Made by a program: the position numbers and the translations under genes. The notes beneath the pieces were generated by a model. The model worked only from the letters and a program-made list of their open reading frames with translations. It searched no databases and was not told the origin of the DNA. A DNA stretch of 64,000 nucleotides from Octopus vulgaris (taxonomy: Eukaryota), in assembly GCA_951406725.2 (NCBI GenBank), contig OX597816.1:32736001-32800000 (forward strand), given 5' to 3'. Of this stretch, positions 55,064 to 64,000 are shown piece by piece. Within the stretch, counting starts at the first letter, position 1. Each line of letters opens with the position of its first letter.

Positions 55064-57656
55064 GAAACCCACTACTACGCATGTGCAAAGAATTAGGTTA
55101 CACCCGCATACGTAGCTTATTTTTTTAAATTATTACTTAATAACTCACATAGTTTCTAGTTTCTTGTTTCCGGTCTTCAGACGACTAGAAACGCGGTATA
55201 TTTGGTAATATTTTATTATTTTTTTTTTTTACTGTGAAATGTAACAATGAAGACAAATGTGTTTCACATTATTCGAACATTCATCGTTATGACAGGGTTC
55301 ATGTTTTTGGGATCTCATATTTATCCAAAGCAAAGTGAGTCATAACAGAGTAGCTTTAAAACTTGATAGGAGAGTAACAAAAAGGGTTGCTTATAAAGCG
55401 ATTGTTGTTTTCATTGATCGGTCTGCCGTGTTCAAAACCGCAACATAATGTATTTCAAATATCCTCTTTGTAAACATGCTGTTGAGAAACGCGTAGCCGT
55501 TGATGCACATACGGAAGAGGACAACTTTATAGAAATATTCTATAGCTAAAGAAATTAAGCAGGATACGTAATATCATTATTATTGACTGTGCTACATACA
55601 TGCGAAAATTTGTTTTTATGAATATGAACTAGATTGCGTTCAGTGAATTTGTGCCCTTATTTTCGAAGACGAAGATGTTGCCAAAAAACGTAATATAGGA
55701 ATGATTGCGTACATTTATTGATGGCTTTGTTCAAAGATTGTAGTGTAGGTGTTCGTACCTTGTTCTTCTGTGAAACTCTATAAACATAGTCTGTAGGCAT
55801 CCGTGTCGCTTGGAAGTAACAACTTGTATTTGTGCGTGCGCCTGTGTATGTATACAACTAAACTTCTATGTGAGTATGAAAGAATGACATATGATAGTAG
55901 AATTTAACGTAGTTTGAAACGATACAAGGATAATCAGATTTACAATTAGTAAAAAGTTGCTATAAATATGGTAATTTGACATGCGAAACTGCGCGGATGG
56001 TTTATTCCAAATAGCGATTGCAAGATTCGTGATAATAATTTATTACTCTGTTATTAGACAATCCACTAGATTCACCGAATGCCATGTTTGCTCTGATGAC
56101 TATCACTTGTTACAGAAATAATCGGTCATTTACTAAGTATTATGAATATAGATGTTGTCGTCTGAGTGTGGAGAAAGACAAAACCGTTTACTGACGTAGG
56201 TAATAAATGAGTAAAGATTGCAAAAATAGTATGCTAGAAACAAACTCCAGAGACAAACAGCAGCACTCGAAGACATTGGGCGTTTACGACTCTTCCCGAC
56301 GATATGTTCTTGCAGAATGTTCAATTTTTTCTTTGATTCCGGATCCCTGAACTGAACACGTTAAAATATTTAGTTTCATATGGAATTAATTCTTGCATTT
56401 TGTCTTTCACACATTACGGTTATCGTATTCGAATTGCAATCAACATCATAAGATTGGTTAATATCTGTGTAACGGCCTTGGCATTATGAGGGAAATTGCG
56501 AAGAAACATCTATTGCAATTGGTTATTTGTTATTACCTGAAAACATATTATTCGAAACGTTCTTGTATCTGCTGTCGCTGAGGTTTCCATTTACTTTCCT
56601 CTTTTCACATAGATTTATGCTATCAAATTCAAATGTAATTATTAGTAAAAATTGTTAATTCCAAAATGTAATGGCATTTAGAATGAAAACGTTAAATTTA
56701 TTAGCTAACAATTAAATGTCTCATACTTTATTTAAAAAATTATTTAAACATTCTAAATTAAAATAAACATTAGGGAGTTATACAGAAACACAAAGAAAAT
56801 ATAAATGCCAAAATTTAAGAAATTGAAAATTTTGTATAATGAGAACCAATGAAGAAAATGTATTGATTTCCACTGGAAGAGGTGAATCTAATGTTAGTTG
56901 ACCTTCTGCAGAAGATACTCGTTCTGACACAACGGAAAATATGCAAATATAATGGCCGTTGTAAAAACAAACATCCTTAAATACAATATTTGCATTTTAT
57001 TACAGCAATGTTAGTGAAATTATTAAATTATATTAATTATTTCAATCTAATATATATAATTAGATGTTGTTCAGGAATCTATTGCATTTGATGTATAAAT
57101 TATAAATATAATGCGTAGATATCATATGTACATCGATTTCTTCATCATTATTATTACCATCATCACGGATAACATTTCCATTAACAATAATAGGTACGCA
57201 ATTGAATGTGAATTTTTTGTAATACATTTGCAAATACCTTATCGATAGCGACAGACGTTTTTTCTCCTGCATATATCGAACCACATTGACCAGGTTAAAT
57301 AGTTTCCACAATTGAGTATATCTTTCTCTTAGTCCCATAAAGCAATATCTGGGGACTTGTGTTTTGACTTGATGGCTGTTTTAATGTTTTAAGTTGTACC
57401 AAATTTCGTTTGATCATTCATACTCAATAAAGATAATATTGTTGGTATTTTTTCCTAGTGCGTCATGCTTCATGGAAAAACAGCAGTTTTTAAACACTTG
57501 CTATATATTCTGACTAAGCATTTATTTAATTTTCCTTTTGATCAAACTACGTGTATTTGATAAGCTTTAAAAATGGCAAAATATCTGTATTTACCAATCT
57601 TAGTTCATATATATCTATAGAGTTTCTAAGAAACTTTGGCGGATATATACAATACT

Positions 57657-58600
57657 TTAGGTCATCCCATAAGGAATGGCATGAAGTAATATTTATAAGC
57701 TTTTGGACATATTTAAACTAATTATATTTCATTTTGCAGGTTAATTTGATTGAAACTCTTCCTATTATTGTTCTTCAAACATGAAAGTGTCTAAGAAGCT
57801 CTTGAGACACACCATAATTTATGAGTTTAAAAAAGGAAACTCAGCACCTGAAGATATTCGAAATATTCACTCAGCTTATGGAAAAGAATGAATGAAAGAA
57901 CTTGCAGAATTTGGCTTCTACAATGAATCAGGAAACACCTTGCAGCAAAAGGTTTGTAAACGTCAGAAGTTGAGATTTCAGCCTTGAGGATGAAGTGCAA
58001 AGTGGACTTCGTATTTGATGACACAACTCTTTTGGCAGAACTGGAAAAAGATCATGCAGTCTCTGTTCAATAATTGGCAACTTCCACAACTTGGAAATGT
58101 CTCAAATCTCGCAATCCTCAAGTAGACATCTGCTCTTCTCTTTGTTCTCGTTAACGCATCTCGCCCTATTTGGACAGACATATAACCGGTGATAAAGAAT
58201 GGGTCTCTTATCAAAATCTTAAATGTCGTAGACATTGGCTTGGTGAAAAGGAAAAGACCCAACCACAACCCAAAAGGGAAATCCACACGTAGAAAGTTCT
58301 TTTCTCTGTTTCATGGGATTTCAAAGCATTAATCAATTTTCAGTTACTACCAACTCATGCAACAATCAATGCTCAAATTGATTGTCCGAAATTCGAGCAT
58401 TTGAAAGCTGCTTTGGAGAAAAGAAAATGTGTGCTTTAGTGAATCGAATGAAAGTGGCGTTCAATCAGGATAATGCAAGACCACACACTGATAACATCAC
58501 CTTCACAGACGATCGAGAAACTTGGCTGAGAGAAAATTGCCCATCCGTCTTATTGCCAAGATTACTTTATCTGAAAATCCTAGTATATCCAGACTGTCAG
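57657..58600 (+). mobile_element. mariner (DD34D-type) transposase remnant
   Basis: YEFKKGNSAPEDIRNIHSAYG..NERTCR..DFSLEDE..ITGDKEWVSYQN..WDFK..FNQDNARPHT..HPSY, with stops and frameshifts. Confidence 0.9.
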
Positions 58601-59899
58601 TAAGACATTTGCTCGCAAAATGGTGTACACCAATTATTGTTGGAATAAATGTAAATTTGTTATTTGCTTATAGAAGCTAGAGGTTTCGAAGTAGTTGTCC
58701 ATAATTACCTTCTTTCTTTTTTTACTTTTAAAGAGATATTCACATTAACAGACAGGCGCACTGTGTAACTGTGTATACCTTTCTTTCTTCCTTTCCCCCA
58801 ACAACGAAATCCGACATTTTATGTTTACACTTGATGGGAAACTGCTGAGTTCTGGGTACGTACTCAATAACAATAACATTTTCTGCACTTATTGCAGGAC
58901 AATATTTCTTTACAAATGACACAGAATAGTTCTTGTGACAATAAGACACCAGAAGGCATTATCTTGAGAAAACATTTTTTGACAGCTGCTAATTATATTT
59001 ATAAGACATTTCAGACACATTTGCCAGATGTTTTTCACAAAAATATGACAAACGTTTTATTGGCTCTTTTGCTTATTAGATATAGAGAAGTAATCTCATG
59101 TTTTCAGATGGGAAATTCATAGACTTCGATTAGTATTGCGATGCACAACCACGAGTACAAGACACGCTACGCTTCATGTGAATATTACAGTTTTCTTCAA
59201 GTTATTGGGTCATACAATCATGCATAGTCTTTGTTTTGTGTATGCTGAGTATTTGATATCCAGTTCTTAATTGAGGTATGTTATTCAGGCTGTGTTGGGA
59301 TTGCATTGTAGTTCCTTAGGAACAGATTACTTCCCGAGGAATTCATTGCAAACAAGTACGAATTTGTTCCTTCACTTTTCAGCAATAATTATTTATTCTT
59401 GTTGCTGTTGTTTAGCAAGTGCTACAGAACATATAGAATATAGAACATGTGTAATCTATCAGCACGGATCTGAAGCCTCTGATTCTTTCTGATCTTCTTT
59501 GGAAGATAAAGGTGTCTATATCACTATTCCAATGAAGACTTCCAGTTGCGGTATTTTACGTCTAGAAAGTGAATTTCTTCTGCATACCAGTGACGTATCT
59601 GAAATCATGGAATCAGCACTTGTACTGCAAAACCATTGTGAGATATGGTATTGTCTTAAGAGGTGAGTACCGATACACGTTTGTTTCTATGTTTCGCATA
59701 TTTCTGGATCTCTCTATTGTTATTCAGAGCACATTCGTACATTTTTCATCAATGCATGAAACAATTGTTATATACTTGTCTTCCACAGGATAGATGAAAT
59801 GTATGTATGTATATGTATGTATATGTATATGTATGTATATGTATGAATGTACTCATGTATGTATGTATAAAGCAGAGGTTAAAAATGAGATGTATGGGA

Positions 59900-60625
59900 G
59901 GGGTGGTACATCAGGACATCAGAGCTAGGAAAATACGCTGTTTTCTTGATGAAGACTGTGGAGTATTTATAAAGATGATCCCCATACAGTTTGGAGTTGG
60001 TAATGCAAGTCTACGCATTATTATTCATGGAGATCAAAGCATTCGCAAAAGTTGTGCGATGAGTGTTCCTAGGTTGCTCAGATCATATCAGAAAGAAACA
60101 CGCGTTGGTGAGTGTCAGGGACATGGTTGAGCTCATTACCTTTAATCTCCAAATATTCCAGTCTCTGGTGACCTGTGAGGAAAGCTATAACAAATGTTAT
60201 TATCAAGAGACCAAGAGGAAGTGAGTCCGATGGAATTATCCTTCCACTTCAGCCCTAAGAATGGCAAGCAAGTCCTCGGGGAGCTCATCACTATCCCCAT
60301 TTTCGAAAACAAGGACATTATTCATTACTTTTCCTCTGGCCTAGCGATGTACAATAATACATTGTGATAGTTTTGAGGCAGTTCAGAAAAGGATTTCATC
60401 GCAAAAGTTCACAGCTCTTCCACTCGTATCGGTAGCATCTGAGCCAGGAAAATACATCACTCCACATTTCTATTCTGGTAGCCATCTACGTGAGAGAGCT
60501 GGACATATACCATAACCCCTCCAGTCTAGATTAGGATCCCTGTAAATTTTGATTCCAAGACGTTTTGAAGAATTTCAGATAACAGATGCTGAGACCACGG
60601 TTCCGGAGATGTTCGTGAAGTAGTT
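59900..60625 (-). pseudogene. Possible decayed CR1/L2-like endonuclease region
   Basis: Higher GC; frame-broken minus-strand fragments resemble ISETW and TGGVMVYV of APE domains. Confidence 0.3.
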
Positions 60626-61260
60626 GTAACACAAGATAAAGTGCATTGCAGTGAGAGGAGTTTTATACATAACTTAGCTTAATACGTATGAATGTTTCTC
60701 TAGAAAAAAGTGTCAAATATTCTGGAATAATTTGGCTCGTCCTTCATTCAGAATGATCAATTTCCGATTTTTACTTAAACGCCTACTCGCAGGTCCAAAA
60801 CTTCCAACAGTAACTGGTGAATTTTTAACTTTTATAACATTTTGTTATAATTTCATATCTTAAATTTATATATAATATTATGTCATTCATCTTTTCTTTA
60901 CACATATAAACAAGCTACAACGATTGTTGCGTTCTTGGTATGTATCTTCTGTATCTAGTGCCTCTTGGTATGAACATTAAACCAAAGAGACTACTTACGA
61001 ACTTGTTCCAATTATCGTTACTATTATCAGAAAAACGCTTGAGACATTTGGCTGGTTATTGCTGTCGTGCTGAACGACAGGTTTTAGAAGTTTATGAAAC
61101 CTTGATACTCTTGGACGACGAACACCATTAAATTACATAGAAAGGCACAGCAGGAAATTGATGATTAACTAAAGCTAACTGTAGATTCTAACTGTAGACA
61201 TGACAGCCGTGATGTTTGAAGAATTTGAAGAATTTGAGGGATTTTAAGAAGACGTAGCAG

Positions 61261-61400
61261 AAGAAGTAAAAGGAGAAGAAGAAGAAGAAGGAGAAGAAGA
61301 AGAAGAAGAAGAAGAAGAAGAAGAAGAAGAAGAAGAAGAAGAAGAAGAAGAAGAAGAAGAAGAAGAAGAAGAAGAAGAAGAAGAAGAAGAAGAAGAAGAA
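61261..61400. repeat. (GAA)n microsatellite
   Basis: Direct reading. Confidence 0.98.
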
Positions 61401-64000
61401 CTCAACCATTGCATAAATCATTGTTTATTTACTCATTTAATTTGGAGAATCAACATTATTTGCGTGCAATAAGATTCCCGACTTCAGGAGTTACAAATTC
61501 TTTCCTAATCTTTATTTGTTATACGATAACCTGTCAACAAATTAAAGCCAATTTTGAAGACTCTATGTCCATCCTCTTATTCAATCCTCCAACACGAAAC
61601 AAAAGCGTTGTTCCTTTCCAATCTATATTTTCAGGGACATGTATAATTTTTGTTTACCTATTAGAATCTAAAATGAATCATACCTTCATTCACAATAGCA
61701 ATTAGGTCTACATGCTTTGTATGTTTAGTGAAGTTTTAGTCGATAACTCAAAACACAGCGTTATATCGTAGCTAAACGTTAAATTAATTTTACAGAAAAT
61801 AGCATTAGGCTTTGATTAACAAATCAACTCAACTGTAGTGTTCAGTTGTGTTAACTCTTAATAAGAATTGTGCAAACGCTATGTCTATTAACGGAAATTT
61901 GAATGTGGAAATTTTGAATGACATATACAGCAAAATATTTTGTCAGAAATATTTATCAAAATCTGCAGAAGCAACAGCAATAAGTAGTTGATCGTTTCTG
62001 TTGGCTTCTCGACCATTTTGTACAGCGATTGATCACTCTTGTTTCCGACACTTGGAGGCAGCAAACAATTTATGCTGCACTGGCACACGCAAGCAAGTCA
62101 TGAATCAAAGATCCAGTTCGTTAGCGAACATTTTGCAAAGCTTCTATAACACACTTCTCTAATTCATTCTACCTCACCGTTATGGCTTCAAATTCACATA
62201 TCAGGTACATCTCTACCGAATTAATAATCAAAATTGATAGTGCGCATAGTTAATACATTTTCTTTTGTATGTTGATTTCAATTTTACAACTTCATCTTCA
62301 GCAATATTAACAACCAACTATAATATTATATGACAAGCAGCTGATATATTTGTAAATCTTTGTGGTTTATGATGTATAATCTTCAGGTTACAATCTACGA
62401 TTTTAGTTTCTACAAGAATGTTTCCGTTAGTACATATTAAGTCCTTTAGTACACATTTGGGTTCTTCAATTGCGAGGTCATCTTGTATAACACTTTATCA
62501 AAAGGAAGTAGATTACAAGTGTTTGCCATTTAACAGAAGCATTTACGGAGCGTGGTAAGATCTGCTGATTAAGTGCAGTCTGCTCAGATTTTGCGTTCGG
62601 CTGGTCACGACTGAAAGCAAAACTCAAGCCGACTATCATATCGCTTGTAATAGTAGACATATCAATCTATCTATATATGTATGTATATATATATATATTT
62701 ACATGCTTGTCTATACCTATGCAAACAGACATATACATAACCGCAAATTCATTCATTTTAGAAGAACGTTTGAACATAATAAGCTCATTCAGATCTCCGC
62801 TCTCAATTATAGACACAAATTATTATCGTATCAAGTTTTCATGATGCCGAACCACACTGCGATATCTGGTTCAAAGTTTCATGTCATTTGAACTATTGCA
62901 GCTTAATTAGATTGCTAAAGATTTTAGTCAAATATCTCTTAGTGGAATTATTTACTGTTGTTGAAATAATTAATGAGCTGCTTCACTTACTTTCACTAGC
63001 ACGTTGTCTTTCATCATAGCTAGAATCATATGGCATCTGTAGAAATGGTACATGACAAATTGTCAATATCTGTTTCAGGTTAGATTATTTACAGCTTTGA
63101 TATTCATACACTCCAATATTGGAATATTAATTTCCTTACAGTGTTAATGCCACTGATACTGACGTTTCATTAGCAATGATGCAGTTTTTATAACGAAGTT
63201 ATATCAGAATACATTTCATTCCTATTCAGTTGTCCATTACACATTACATCCAATATTATCATGGCAGTAAAACATTTATAGTGAAAATTCTCCATATTAG
63301 TATATAGTGCGCATGGATGTCACTGTTAAATACCTGACGTCTTTCTCGCATATTTCAGTGGAAATATTTACAATAATGCGGTATCCGTATTTTCGTTTCT
63401 TGTTCAAACGTTGCATACATTAAATTTTCGGTGTAGTTAATTCTCAAATATCATATATATCGATATTTTACTCCGGCATCTAAATGCTATAATCTAGTCG
63501 CCATTTTGAACATTTTCTGCAATTGTTTCAGTGTTTTATATTTATTAAATTTAACTCAGTTATAAATGAGTTCTAAAATATCAGTTGGTTTCTCTTCGAC
63601 TGACGTTCTATGTGTAGTTACTTATAAACTTGTTGAAAACACCAATTCCGACTTCTCTACCTTATTTTCTTAGTACCACGACTTAAAAGGGACACTTCTA
63701 TGATCATGATACTAATGAAAGAGAAAGAGAGTAAGACAGAGAGACTGACAGACCGAGGAGGAGAGGTGGAGGAGAGAGAAAAAATCCATAGGATTCTACA
63801 AGTTTTTAGTTATATATTTGTCTACATTAGTTCTGATACAACATTCGTATCTGAACGTGTTTTCCAAATTCATAACATACTGATATATATATTTAAAATA
63901 TTTTATTATATTTACTATATGTAAATATGAGGCAAACATGTATCGCTAAATCGTGTTACTTCTCAATGACAACCGCTTCAACTAAGGCTGATGATAAACT

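Noticed and set aside
55145-55200. GTTTCTAGT/ACTAGAAAC hairpin with CTGAAGA on the minus strand
   Set aside because: The elements do not assemble into a three-stem hammerhead.

Overview
AT-rich eukaryotic, gene-poor DNA packed with (TA)n/(CA)n/(AAT)n microsatellites and transposon debris. The tRNA-derived SINE families resemble those I recall from Octopus, so a coleoid cephalopod origin is inferred but not verified. No intact host gene is visible, and most track ORFs are microsatellite translations. Recognisable coding relics are a near-intact Penelope-like (Neptune-type) RT + GIY-YIG element, Helitron Pif1, RTE and R4/Dong LINE fragments, three Tc1/mariner remnants and an orphan VWA fragment. 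The main finding is at 16559-17522: a 360-bp highly structured unit in tandem and inverted copies between (TA)n tracts. Each full unit carries a type I hammerhead ribozyme fold with a non-canonical core (UUGACGA...GAAAC-CAUG-GUC), making it a candidate non-LTR retrozyme. Several other hammerhead folds, one canonical and some with variant cores, lie in Penelope-type termini elsewhere in the window. All folds and translations were done by eye.
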